DNA of 64,000 nucleotides from Octopus bimaculoides (GCF_001194135.2 NC_068983.1:164324279-164388278), one strand, 5' to 3'; positions 43,553 to 57,054 are shown, counted from the stretch's first letter. Notes: generated by a model from the sequence alone, not told the origin. Numbers and translations: made by a program.

Positions 43553-43714
43553 ATTTAGACAGTTCTATAGTTAAGAACGTTTTCAATTCAGAATTATTGC
43601 AGTTGTGAAATTTTTAAAACACGGTGTTGAAATTGGAGAATTCTGATAAACATTAATTAATGACTGGAGAATAAATAATGTTTGAAGCAAAAGAGGGCAA
43701 CGAGGTCAATTTAC

Positions 43715-43823
43715 GTTGACATATAGGGGTGGGGCTCATTGTCTTGCCAGACAGTTTTTCTAATGTCGGTGGCATTAGAGAAACACTTCCAGTTGAACAG
43801 TCTGTGATAGGAAATGCACCCAG
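43715..43823 (-). CDS. internal coding exon of an unnamed Cys-rich protein (unit B)
   Basis: Acceptor ttttacatttttttacag| and donor AAC|gtaaat. 109 nt, phase 1 to phase 2: GCISYHRLFNWKCFSNATDIRKTVWQDNEPHPYMS. The first 12 codons are homologous to 48015-48090. Confidence 0.55.
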
Positions 43824-44286
43824 CTGTAAAAAAATGTAAAAATATGCTAAGAAAAAAAAGACACAGATGGAAACAGCAGAAAATGGAGAGAAAAATGTAG
43901 TTTTGTTAGAGACAAACACCACGAAGTTGTTTGGTTTGTGTCGTGTGTAAAGCAAGATGAAAGAGTGAAGTGAGATAACATGAGATCCATCAACTTCATG
44001 CCAGTGTGGCGGAATGGATGTAAAATAATAATGACGGTGACGCTGATGAACAAAATTTCCTGTTATAAACTTAGAGACGTGCAAACTGCTCACATACTTA
44101 GTACAATATATGTGTGTATAAGAGAGGGAGAGAGAGAGAGAAAGAGAGACTGGGTTCATATTTATGCATACATGTATATGTGTGCGCGTAGATGTATGTA
44201 AGTGTATGTTTGTATATATATGTATATATGTATACACACACGCATACAGATGTGTGTGTGTATTTATCTATCTATCTATCTATCTA

Positions 44287-44353
<67 letters not shown>

Positions 44354-45929
44354 NNNNNNNNNNTGGAGAATGAAAGACAGCTTAAAAAGCTTTAAAAATA
44401 GAATATTTTATCGGTCGTCAGGAAGAAGTTGACAGTGACGTAGTTGCCTTTTAATGTTGTCTTAATGTCAAGTGTACAAGAGAGAAAGTGACAAACAGAC
44501 AGGCCAATGTGTATAGAAACAAGAGGAGGACAGAGAAAGCGAAAAGGAGACAGTGTTGCAGACATTCTTTGATAAAGACAAATAATAGAAGAGAAAGAGA
44601 GAGAAACAAGGAAGTGAGAACGAAAGTATAACGTGATACAGTGAACGGTTAAAAAAGTCTATATTCTAATAAAAGAATATTGAAAATACCTTGCAATATC
44701 TTTTAACTTGTAGTGTTTAAAGATGCACAAAGTTGTTGCCTAAGATCAGAAAAGTAGAGCAAAGATGAATGATGTGATGTGTTTAATGGCACTGCAAAAA
44801 ATGGTCCTCGTAAGGTTTAAATGCATAAAAAATGTCGATAGAAATTCTATATTTGGACTGGCAGACGGTTGATGAGCGGAGAGAAATATTTACAGTAAGA
44901 TAATCCGAATCACAGATACCTAAATGTGTTAATTTAATGTTTGCTTGATTGGGCAACATACAACAGATTGAAGTATTTACCGGGATTGATGACATTATTT
45001 TTTGAATTTCAATTCGGGCTTCTTAAAAGATTATTTTGGCTACAATCTGCTACTTTTCTATTTTAATTGTAAACTTATATAAATGTTATTTTCGGCTAGT
45101 TAGTCTGATTCATTGAGAAATTAAATGAAGTTAGCTTTGTTATATTCTTAAATACTTTGATACATATTGCATCACGAAAACTCAACGTTGATTAAACACT
45201 TCACAGACTCACTATAATTAGTATAAATTTAAATGACTGGACACAGTAATTGGTGCTGTTCATGAACTGAGAAGAGTTAGTAAAGTGAAACTACAGAAAT
45301 GTTTACTGTCTATTGATATATATTACATTATTGACCAATGCAGTGTACATTATACAATAGCTGCAACAGCTATTGTATAATAGCTTGAGAAAATTATTCA
45401 ACCAATCATGTGTCCATTTATATTTTTTAATATTTTCTATAAATTTGATATGAAATGTTATCAAGGTTCAAAATTTATTTTAATTTCTAATATTTCGGAA
45501 ATTATAAATAATTAACGAAATGTCATAACATTTGGCTATGCCGGATAACGATTCACTCTGGATTTGAAACACTGATGGACAGGTACGGTTGGTAACACTT
45601 TTTGGTGAGAGTTGCCTCTAGGGATAAGTTTCGCCAGAAGTAACGTGATAAAAGTGTCTATTAATGAATTTATATTAATGCTAACATGATATCTTAAAGA
45701 AAATAGGTGGATCATTTTTGTAGTGTGTTTCTCTATATTTAAGGCGTTAGGGAAAGTTGATTTGATCTGGAGCATATCGAATGATCATGAAGAAATCTTT
45801 CTGGTATAATAAAATGGACCAGGTGCTTTTTGTAGAAGTTAGCCAGATGGAAGTTTTAAGAAACTAATTCAGATCCCAATTATCTCAAAACTATACTCAC
45901 TTAAACAACGAGCAATAGATTGATGTATA

Positions 45930-46179
45930 CTCTTTTACTTGTTTCACTCATTTGACTTTGGCCATGCTGGAGCACCGCCTTTAGTCGATCAAATCGACCC
46001 CAGGACTTTTTCTTTGTAAGCCTAGTACTTATTCCATCGGTCATTTTTGCCGAACCGCTAAGTTACGGGGGACGTAAACACACCAGCACCGGTTGTCAAG
46101 TGATGTTGGGGGGACAAACATAGACACACAGATATATACACACAGATACATATATATATACACACTCACACACACACAC

Positions 46180-46218
<39 letters not shown>

Positions 46219-46390
46219 CGACGGGCTACTTTCAGTTTCCGTATACTAAATCCACTCACAAGGCTTTGGTCGGCCCGAGGCTATAGTAGAAGACACATGC
46301 CGAAGGTGCCACGCAGTGGGACTGAACCCGGAACCATGTGGTTGGTAAGCATGCTACTTACCACACAGCCACTCCTACGCCTATGTGTAT
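45930..46390 (-). mobile_element. near full-length family C SINE with central (TA/CA)n linker
   Basis: Both halves are present with CpGs retained; the 3' end reads GGCGGTGCTCCAGCATGGC..GAAACAAGTAAAAGAGT on the minus strand. Confidence 0.85.
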
Positions 46391-47459
46391 GATGAAATAT
46401 TCTAAAAATCCTGGCTAACTAATGCACAATATTCAAACCATGTGCGAGAAATAAAACACTGAAGCAATAAAGCTTTATATAAAGCTTTATTGAAATACGA
46501 ACTCGGAATACCAATATAAGAGCAGCATCGTTCTTTAGCTAAATGTAAAATTTGACAATGCAGTAAACTCAAAGCAGTTTATTGTTAGTAAAACAACAAA
46601 ATTTGAACTCCAGTCATCAGCATTTGGTGTTGGTCACTGGAGTATTTACAACATCTATTAGAAAATACCGATAAAAGATTTCTTTTATCAGCAGTTGCGG
46701 CTAACTTGAAATTGCTTCGAACAAAATCCACAGTTCTTTAAAACAATGTTACTGCAACATTCGCATTGAAAGACAAAGAAAGGAGGTCATAAATGATAGT
46801 CTGGCATTTTGGACAAGTCAACTACCAACGCTCTTGAAGAGTCATGTGTGGGTTAATTATTGTAATGAAGCACATGATTATAAAAGTAATTGTAAAACAT
46901 TTTCAGGGTTAATATCCGCTTGGTAAACAATTGCTGGAGTGTTATATCAAGCTAAGAAAGAGAGAGAGAGAAAGAAAGAGAGGGAAGGAGGAGAGCGAGA
47001 GAGAGAGAGAGAGAGAGGAAGAGGGAAAAAGAAAGCTCGTTAATATATCGTGTTAATCTCTTCATTTACTCAATTTGACCAGCTAACCATATAAACACTC
47101 ATCATTGAAAGAAAAACGGACAGAAAGATCTAGAATTAGAATAACAACTCATAAATCTGTTCTGTTACATTTATTTAAATGTATTTCGAGAGAAAACACT
47201 TTATTGCACATGCCTCTGGTCATCGACCAGTTCTCAATTTGTATCATCGTTTTCATCTAGATCTATCCATAACGTCTGGTGTCGCAGAGAATAGAAACAT
47301 CTTACTCAGATGAAAATATATTTTTCATTTATTTCCTACTATGAAACTATCCATCATAAAGTCCCTGTCTCCAGTATGTACAAGTGTTTGCCAAATAAAT
47401 ATAAATTCCCATCAGGAATCACCATAAGTTTTCATCATTTACAGAGTTTGTTATGAGTT

Positions 47460-47535
47460 TTAAATCAAGTTAACTAATTTTTCATCACACTTGACTAACC
47501 AACTAAGTGGTTTTTGACAGTTACACCTATAAACA
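47460..47535 (-). CDS. terminal coding exon of an unnamed cysteine-rich protein (unit A)
   Basis: Acceptor tttttttttattatttcag|T, then VYRCNCQKPLSWLVKCDEKLVNLI*. AATAAA signals lie downstream on the minus strand at 47200-47205 and 47170-47175. Confidence 0.6.
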
Positions 47536-48014
47536 CTGAAATAATAAAAAAAAAACCTGATGATATATATATATATATATATATATANNNNNNNNNNNNN
47601 NNNNNNNNNNNNNNNNNNNNNNNNNNNNNNNNNNNNNNNNNNNNTTTATAATTAAGATATTTTAAAATTTTAAGTGCTGCAGTTATTAAATATATTTTTA
47701 AAAAAACTGTTAATTGTGAGAAATTCCTTCTATAAACATTAATCATTAAAAAATAAAGTGATGTGTGAAATAGATTAGGGCAAAGAAATCAATTTAAATT
47801 AATGTGTGGAATGGACGGGAGAGTTGTTTTTTTTTTGTTTTGTCATTGATGGCCTCATTTTAGTTGTGGTTTAATATAATTGCCCGTTAGTCTACACTAC
47901 AAAATGTGTTCTGAGAGGAGAGGCATCCAAAGTAAAAAGCGCACACGAAGAAAAAAGAAAGAAATGTAGACGATGATGATGGTTGGTGAGAAGAGTTCAG
48001 CTTCGTCAATTAAC

Positions 48015-48090
48015 TTATCTAGTGCAAGTGAAATGATAAAACCAACCCACAAGATGCTGTTAAATGTATTGTGACAGTGAGAGCACCCTA
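48015..48090 (-). CDS. internal coding exon of an unnamed Cys-rich protein (unit A)
   Basis: Acceptor cttttcttagcatggctttgcag|. 76 nt, phase 1 to phase 2: GCSHCHNTFNSILWVGFIISLALD. Donor |gttaattgac aligns with the unit B donor |gtaaattgac; a 479-nt intron joins it in frame to 47535. Confidence 0.5.
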
Positions 48091-49429
48091 CTGCAAAGCC
48101 ATGCTAAGAAAAGGAATTTACGAGCCGTTAACATTGGATAATCTTGCCAGTGATTCTAGTGTAACAATGAGGCCTTAGTTTTTACTGTGTACGAAATAAT
48201 GAGGGATAAGGACTAGACAACATGAGATCTACCAAAACCATGCCGATTGCAGATGTGGCCAGGAATAAACCCTGCGTGAATCAATACTAATTTTCTTCTG
48301 TAACATACTATACTCGAAGCAATGTAATCGAGCCGAAACTCAGAGTCGGATTAAGACCCATAAAAGACTTAAGCTCTTAAAACATTTTGGTGCTCCCATA
48401 TATATGTAGTTCAAAATATAAACAATAATAAACTATAAAATAAATTCATATTTATCAAAATGAAACTAAACTAGCAGTGAGATAGAAAATAATGTTTATT
48501 TTTTGTATAATTCTACTTTATTTATATCTGAAAAGGTTTCTCCTACTATTTTTAATTGCAAAGTCTTTGAGCAGATCCTCAAAATTAATCTTATGTAACA
48601 CATCTTTCTATTTAGTTGAGATAAGACAAGTTAAAAATGATTTCTTTTGTGCTGTAAACCATTTACCGTTTCTGTGGTTCCCGCCCTCTTCTCTTAATGC
48701 CCTGAGTACGTGCTTAGTTTACGTATTGGTTAATCTAGCACTGCTAAGAGTACGTCACCTTATCATCACGTGTACTTAAAGAGATATAGTATTTAAGTGC
48801 ACATCAGAAATCTCACCTAATTAGGGATAAAACACTCCTGACTCTGTTGGTGGAGGTATCAGGGTTGACCGGAGGAGAATTGAACTTGGTTGTATTCTTT
48901 GGAGTAAGGGAGCATTTACGCGCGCGCGCGCGCGTGTGTACTGCGGGCTTCCGTCAATCAAATTCACTAACGAGGGATTGTTTGGTCCAGGATAGAACAA
49001 GATAGTTGACCAACCAAATTGCTGTGCAATGGGACTGAACTCGAAATCATGTGGTCGCAAAGCAAGCTCCTTAACCACACAGCCATGACAGCAAATAGAT
49101 TGGATCATTTTCACTAGGATTTCTGGGAGAATGGTAATCTGCGAGGTTCGGGTCTTTTCCGAGGTGATGACAAAAGTTAAACAGTCTCAGTTGGGAAGAA
49201 ATGAGTCTGGAATCTGTGACCTAGATCGTGTCTTTGCTGCTGCTGCTGCTTACTTATCGGAGCTTACCAAAAGGAAAAGGTAAACAACAATGTTGAAATA
49301 AGTCATGTCGGAACACGTCTTTGAATAGAAAGAACTTTTCTCATAAGAGGAAAGAGAGGGGAAGCGAGAGAAAGAGAGTGAGAGAGAAATAAATAGAAAT
49401 AAACAATGGAACATGGTTGTTCTTATGGC

Positions 49430-50290
49430 ATTGGCGAAGGTGGTGAGCTAGCAGAATCGCTAACACGTGTTACAAACTCTAGCATTTTGAGTTCAAATTC
49501 GTCTGAGGTCACTGTACCTTTTATTCTTTCGGGGTCAATAAAACATGAACCCGCTGAACACTGAGATTGAAGTAACCGATTAGCCCTTCCCCTCTAAATT
49601 GCTGCTTTGTGCCACAATTAAGAAGAAATATTATTAAGGTCGTGAGCTGGCGCGACGGACAAAATGCTTGGTAGTATTTCTTCCGGCTCTTTATGTTCTG
49701 AGTTCAAATCTAGCCGAGGTTAAATTTCTTTTTCATTCTTTCGAGATTGATAAAATAAATACCAGTCAAGTACTGGGGTCAATGTAATAGACTTACACCC
49801 CACCCAACCCCACCCATTTAAAATAGCTGGCCTTGTGCCAAAATTTGAAATTATTATTATCGAGGGACTCATCAAGGTGGTGAGTTGGCCGAATCGTTAC
49901 CATGCCGGACAAAATGCTTAGCGGTATTTCATCCCTCCTTACGTTATGAGTTCTAAATTCCGTTGAGGTCAACTTTACCTTTCATCTTTTCAGTATCGAT
50001 GAGGTAAATACCAGTTGAGTACAAGAATCGATTCAATTGACTTGTCCGCTCCACTGAAATTGCTAAATGTGTTGTGCCACAATTTGAAACCATAATTATT
50101 GAGGGAATCAAAGGTGGTTAACTAACAGAACCTTTAGATTTCTTTTAGCATTCTATGTTTAGAGTTCATATCCCGCTGAGATCAGCTTTGCATCTCATCC
50201 CTCCGATAGCGACGAAATAACATACCAGTTTTATATTGGGGGCATCGATGATTTTGACTGACGCCTTCCCTCGAAATTGCTAGTCTAAAT
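49430..50290 (+). mobile_element. four head-to-tail family A SINE copies
   Basis: Repeated AAGGT(G/C)GTGAG..GAGTT(C)A(A/T)AT..CGATAAAATAAATACCAGT..GTGCCA(C/A)AATT blocks. Confidence 0.8.
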
Positions 50291-52012
50291 CAGACACATA
50301 TTACGGCAATCACCCAATCAGCCCTCATCGAACAGATTTATGTTAAAACGCATCGTAACCAGCGATGTGCCATCATTTTGATTTTGTGAAACCTTGGGTT
50401 GTATAGTCCGGTGAGTCTTTTATACGACTTTAGGGTTTAGTTTCAAAGATATTGGTTGTTATATCTTGGTAGAGTCATTAGATCATCGGCTAGAATGATT
50501 CACTGTATTCGTTCTGACTGTCTGCGCTCTACGTTCGCATCCCACTGAGGTAATGATCGCTTTTTCTCCTTTCGGGAGTCGATTAAAAAAACAAAACAAA
50601 GTACCAACTGAAAATGGTGAAGACTTAAAAGCGCTGCCTTGCCATATTTGTTGCGCTGCCTTGCCATATTTGTTGCGCTGCCTCACCCATCTTACGTCAA
50701 TATGTGTGTATGACATAATTACAAATAACCGGACAGAATTAAAGAATTAGAACGGTATCCAAAAAACGATAATTCATTATGAAGGAATTCCGTTTTTGAC
50801 TTAAACAAGGGAGGTGGTGGGGTCCCTCAAAGTTACAGGCGAACGTCAACTAGTCCTTTTATATTCTGGCTTGATATATTTATCTTGCCTTGAAAGAAAG
50901 AAAGAAAGAAAGAACGAAAGAAAGAAAGAAAGAAAGAATGAAAGAAAGAACGAAAGAAAGGAAGAAGAAGAAGAAGAAGTAGAAGAAGAAGAAGAAGAAG
51001 AAGAAGAAGGGCGAACAGCTAACGAAAGTTTTTAATCTGTTTTTTTCCCCTTTCACAACCAAATTCATTTCCCGACAACTCTGCCTTTTCGTCCATTTAA
51101 GTGACACACTGCTTTTGACCCCATCANNNNNNNNNNAAAAAAAAAAAAAAAAAGCAACGAAACAAACAAACAAATAGAAATCAACGTGTTTAGTTTGGTT
51201 AAGCGATAATTAGTGTTGAAGTTCAGAGAACCAGTGGGTAACATTTGCAGCGTCACAACGGCTTCAGGTACACCAACGAGATTTGAAATTTGGAAAGAAG
51301 AAAAAAATATATATATATATAAAAGTTACAAAAATGAAAAGCTCTGAAGCAGCTCATGTTTTGGGGGTGGGTGGGGGATGATTAAAATTCGTCTCGGGTC
51401 GAATTTGTTGCTAATTACCCCCCCCCCCNNNNNNNNNNNNNNNNNNNNNNNNNNNNNNNNNNNNNNNNNNNNNNNNNNNNNNNNNNNNNNNNNNNNNNNN
51501 NNNNNNNNNNNNNNNNNNNNNNNNNNNNNNNNNNNNNNNNNNNNNNNNNNNNNNNNNNNNNNNNNNNNNNNNNNNNNNNNNNNNNNNNNNNNNNNNNNNN
51601 NNNNNNNNNNNNNNNNNNNNNNNNNNNNNNNNNNNNNNNNNNNNNNNNNNNNNNNNNNNNNNNNNNNNNNNNNNNNNNNNNNNNNNNNNNNNNNNNNNNN
51701 NNNNNNNNNNNNNNNNNNNNNNNNNNNNNNNNNNNNNNNNNNNNNNNNNNNNNNNNNNNNNNNNNNNNNNNNNNNNNNNNNNATGACCCCGCCACACACA
51801 CACACATGCTCACCCGCTAATCTAAGATAAAGAAATTATCAGCTTACCTTAAGAACAGACATTATTTCAGTTTGTAAAAGCACTGATCGATAAGAAAGGA
51901 ACAAAATCGAACGAAGAACTGGAAACTTGAAAGCCGCAATCGATACAATTTAGTGTAAACACACACACCTCACTGCTTCGTTAGAGTGTTGTTGTTGTTG
52001 TCGTTGTTGTTC

Positions 52013-52069
<57 letters not shown>

Positions 52070-52392
52070 GTCTGTCTTTTGTTTTTGCCTTTGTTTTTGT
52101 GTTTCCCACTTTAATCTTGTGGTATGTTTCTTCTCTTCAAGACATCATTGTTTACAACCGCTGCGAGGCGACGAGAGCACCTGTCCGATGGGCATGCGCA
52201 ACGCAAACAAACATCATAGCAACAGCGTCATTCAAGAAATGCCGACGACAGTTTTTCGTTGTGTGTTCGAGAGGTTTAAACACGCGGATTAATTGCAGTG
52301 CGTTCGCTAACTGTGATTTATATCACACAATCTCATTCACTGTTCTATTATCTATTCATCGATATGTGAAATCTATTTGTTAATCAACTCTT

Positions 52393-52463
<71 letters not shown>

Positions 52464-53109
52464 TACTCTCTCATTATGATTACTTCAGATCAAACAGACC
52501 TCGTGCGAGCATGAATGAATGTGTGAGTGTGTGTACACCTATGTACAAATATGTATAATTAATATGTAAGAGTCTACCGTAGTCTTGACTGCTTTTAATT
52601 GTTATTAGTTTTGCCAAACTACTTTACCTCACTCAGATACACAAAGCCTTATCAATATTTATGCATATACATCGTCGAACAATGTCTATGTATGCATGTA
52701 TGTGTGTGTCTATGTATACAGGTATGTATGTTCGTGTTTGTGTGTACACACACATACACACACACACGCACGCACACATCTGTATATGTAACTACATGTA
52801 CAAATTGACAAATGTATCTGTGTATGTATGTAAATTAATATGTGATGTAATAAATGTATATATATATATATATAAAATGAACTATGTATGTATGTGTGTG
52901 TGTATGTATATAAATATATGATGTATTGCATATATATATATGAACTATGTATCTATGTACACACTTATCGAAGAATGTATTCTCATATGTATTGTATTGT
53001 CTTTAATGTATTCTATGGATAATGCATTCTTTTAGGTAATGCATGGCTGATGCTAAGTAGCCTTAAACACACTCATACACACACACACACACACACACAC
53101 ACATTCACA

Positions 53110-53480
53110 TGTTGCACTCTGTCGGGTTCCAGTTGTTCCGATCAATGGAACAGGCTGCTCGTGAAATTAACGTGCAAGTGGCTGAGCGCTCCACAGACAC
53201 GTGTACCCTTAACGTAGTTCTCGGGGAGATTCAGCGTGACACAGAGTGTGACAAAGCTGGCCCTTTCAAATACAGGTACAACAGAAACAGGAGGAAAGAG
53301 TGAGAGAAAGTTGTGGTGAAAGAGTAGAGTAGGGTTCGGCACCACCCCCTGCCGGAGCCTTGCAGAACTTTAGGTGTTTTCGCTCAATAAACACTCACGA
53401 CGCCCGGTCTGGGAATCGAAACCGCGATCCTATGAACGCGAGTCCGCTGCCCTAACCACTGGGCCATTGTACCTCCACAC
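53110..53480 (-). mobile_element. tRNA-derived SINE, family D
   Basis: Minus-strand head GGAGGTACAATGGCCCAGTGGTTAGGGCAGCGGACTCGCGTTCATAGGATCGCGGTTTCGATTCCCAGACCGGGCG. A related copy lies at about 38730-39060 (+). Confidence 0.8.
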
Positions 53481-54590
53481 TATCAAATATATTAATTATA
53501 TAACTCACAAAATAAATGGCAAAACAAACTACTGAAATTCGAGTTTGCAGGATCGACCCAGCAAGAGTTATAAATTTTGTCTTTCTCTATTTTTCTTCTT
53601 TGTCCCTCTCCTGCATTACGTTTAGCTTTTTACCCATCAATTAAACCCAGTTATTTTTTCCATGAATCTTACCAGCATATTCGTCTTATATTTCTTCTCC
53701 ATCGTAGCTTTTACTAGCTTCTATTTTGTTTATCATCTCTTATCACTTTACCAAATTCCCCAAATTTTTCACTACTTTTGTATATTTTCAACCAATTACT
53801 TTGACTTTTCTTCTCTTTCCTGGATCTTTATATTTTTCATTTTCAAATTACAATATAAACCTTTTTTTTTGGTTAAAAAGGGGTTTTCATACCGCTAGGC
53901 ACTTTTACTATGCAAATGGTTTCAAATTTTAGCACAAGGCCAGGAGGTTCGTGTGATGGGCTAGGCCGATTACGTCGACCCTAGCATTCGATTGATGCGT
54001 ATTTTATCCACCCCAAAAGAATGAAAGACAAAGTCGACCTCGGTGGAATTTGAACTCAGAACATAAAAACAAGCGAAACGCTGCTAAGCATTTTCTTCCC
54101 GGCATGCTAACGCTTCTGCCAGCTTGTTGGCCTTCGTTTGTTATGCAGTTGCGTACACATCGATAACACCTTTCATGTAGTTCTTATTAATCCATGGGCT
54201 TCAACAGAATCTATATTCCTCTGCCTCGAACCCGCTCTCGCTTTATATCCACCTTCATACACACTTTATCACTACCATCTTAACCATTGCACAAACCCCG
54301 AACTACCACTAGCCAACCCTTCTGCAATTTTACACTTACATCCCTCTACGCACACACATATATCCCACTAACATATACCCACAATCCTTCATCCTTACAC
54401 TTCCTTTCAGGCACAGATGTTCACTAATCCTTGCAATTAGCCAAACACCCTTTCCCCTTTTATATCCCCACAAAAAAATCTTAAAGTGTCTCACCTGGTT
54501 TTTAACCGTTCATCTGTTTCTTTATTTTTTCATTGACTGCTTTCCTTCCTTCTACGCTTCTGAAATTCTGCTCAGATTCTGGTTTCTTTC

Positions 54591-54623
54591 TTCTAATGAA
54601 GGAATAACGCCCGAAACGTCAAA
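54591..54623 (+). ncRNA. degenerate PLE-type minimal hammerhead motif
   Basis: tt-CTAATGA-AGGAATAACGCCC-GAAAC-GT-C-aa. G5 is changed to A in the core; helix III is the palindrome ACGT. Lies at the end of a C/T-rich PLE-like 3' region starting at about 54135. Confidence 0.45.
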
Positions 54624-55201
54624 ACGCTTTCTCTTTCCATTAAAACGTTAAGTTAATACTTTATTTGTCAAACCTGGATCTTCCTTTGTCCGGTTTTATG
54701 TTTATTCGATTTACAAATCACAACACACACAAACACACACACACACACACACACACAGACACACACACACACACACACACACACACTCATAGACACACAC
54801 ATGCACACATACAAATATATATAAGCATATGCACATATGTATAAGTATATATATATGCATATATTCAATAATAGGACGAATTCTTTTACAAGAATTTATC
54901 AAGTAGCTAGCGTGAAAAAAACCTCATAAAGGAAAAAAATCCATCATTTATTCCCGAAATATATATTTATATTTATATTTATATAAATATATATGCATAT
55001 ATAGATATATATATATGTATGCATGTATGTATGTATGTATGCATGTATGTATGTATGTGTGTATGTATGTGTGTATATATGTATGTTTGTCTCTATATTT
55101 ATATCTATTTCCATATCTATCTATCTATCTATATATATATATATATACATACACTCATATATATGTATGCACGTTTGTGTGTATGTGTGTGTATGTGTAT
55201 A

Positions 55202-55260
<59 letters not shown>

Positions 55261-55910
55261 ACACTCACACAAACACTCACACAAACACACACACACACAC
55301 ACACGCACACACGCACACACATATATAAATATATATATAAATAATTGAGATTCAGTGAAGAGAACACAGAAAACAGAGTCCAACACGGAAAATCGAGCAA
55401 CATGGCCAAACAGTCTGAGTTAGCGCTCCCAAATCATGCAAGTAATAAGTCGCGTCCCAGTTTCTGAGTAAAGGTCATTCGGTTTAAAAGCTTAAAATTG
55501 CTTACGGTTTGCTGAGCTGAAACTAACGAGTTTTGCAATAATTAAAACGTTAAAGTTTATTCTCGTGACGATGTTTTCTTTTTCTATTAATTTAGATGTC
55601 TTATTTATAATATTCTTTGTTTTATCTGATATTTAGAATTCTTCCTCATTAGTGCGGAACATTTTCCATTTACAGAACATTTTTCATTAATGCTTTTGCT
55701 GCTGGGGGCTAGAATGCGTCGTGACATTTTAAAACTAGTATATTTCTTGAGGCGTCATACATAACCCGACAGAGCCGTGAATATAAAATAAAGGGTTGTT
55801 TGTGATTGCATAACGGCTTATACGTGGTTATTTATACGAGCCATTTTATTACATTGGGGTGAAAGGGGGTGGGGTGGAGGGTAGCTTTCTGATTGACGAT
55901 GTTTACAGTT

Positions 55911-57054
55911 GTAACTTCCTTGGTTTCGTTGATCTTTTGTTTCATTAGGATTCCGGACTCGAAATTCAAACCAGGAAGATCAAAGAAAACACGAGAAAAG
56001 GAGGAAGGTTGCAAGTAGATTATTTGTCAGTTGAATCACAAAATGAATTTATTTCCTTTTGACCTGATGTCGTTTTGAATCACATACTCTCTGAAAGATC
56101 AAAGGTAAAAATACGATATTAAATAATAATTGATGCAATACCTGATGCCACACATGTCAAACAGGCAACATCTATCATACGATTCCTTCAAAGTATGAAT
56201 TGTCTTTAAGTTACAAGAAAGATTTGTATCTTTTGAAGAATATTATGAGAAAAATGTTCTGACATTACAAACCTAATAAAGGAAACTTTGAATAAAAATA
56301 GCATTCTTTTGGAAAATTGTGAAGGTCAAGGAAATGACGGCGGTGTTAATATGGCCACTAAGTACAAGAAAGAATTACTCAATGAAAATATCCTCAATAT
56401 TTTCGCTATTTTCTTGTTATCTGGTTGCTACACATTGAATTTGTGCGGCACCGATTCAGAAGATTGCAGCAATGAATAGCAAACTTTTTTCAAAACTATT
56501 GAAAGTCTTGATATCTTTCGTCCACAAAGATGGTAAATTCTTCTGACAATTGCAGGCTGTCAATTATTACGTCATATGTTCACTGACCGGTGGTCGACTA
56601 GGACCGATTCCATGAAATTATTTTCATCATTTCTTATTGACAGAAAATGGACTCCGAAAAATTTATGAAACTTATTCTGTCGCCAACGATTAAAAATGGA
56701 GTAAAAGGACGGGTTAAATACGTGTCCTGTTGTAGGAATACATTCATGGCATACATCTTATTCGATATTGTAACATGTTGGCGTTGTGTTGAAGGTTGCA
56801 GTTGGCACCATTGTTGATAAGGAATTGGAAAGCATTGATCTCGTGATGAAAATCTTGTAGAAACTGAGAGATCAAGTCGAGATTCCACTGGCAGAACTAA
56901 AACATGTTGCACTAAAATGAAATGGAATCTCAAGTAAATGAAAGAAGCAAAACACACACACACATGTATGTGTGTGTATGTGTGTATATATGCGTATATA
57001 TGTACGTGTGTGTCTATATATAAATATGTGTATGTGTGTGTATATATATGTATG

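Noticed and set aside
43930-44060. MKLMDLMLS / MVLVDLMLS similarity between units B and A (48180-48245) as a first coding exon
   Set aside because: The donor site is not conserved, the phase is incompatible with the next exon and there are frame-disrupting indels, so it is treated as intronic homology.
55506-55516. 11-nt minus-strand micro-exon (tttcag|...|gtaagc)
   Set aside because: Good splice signals but no linkable neighbouring exon.
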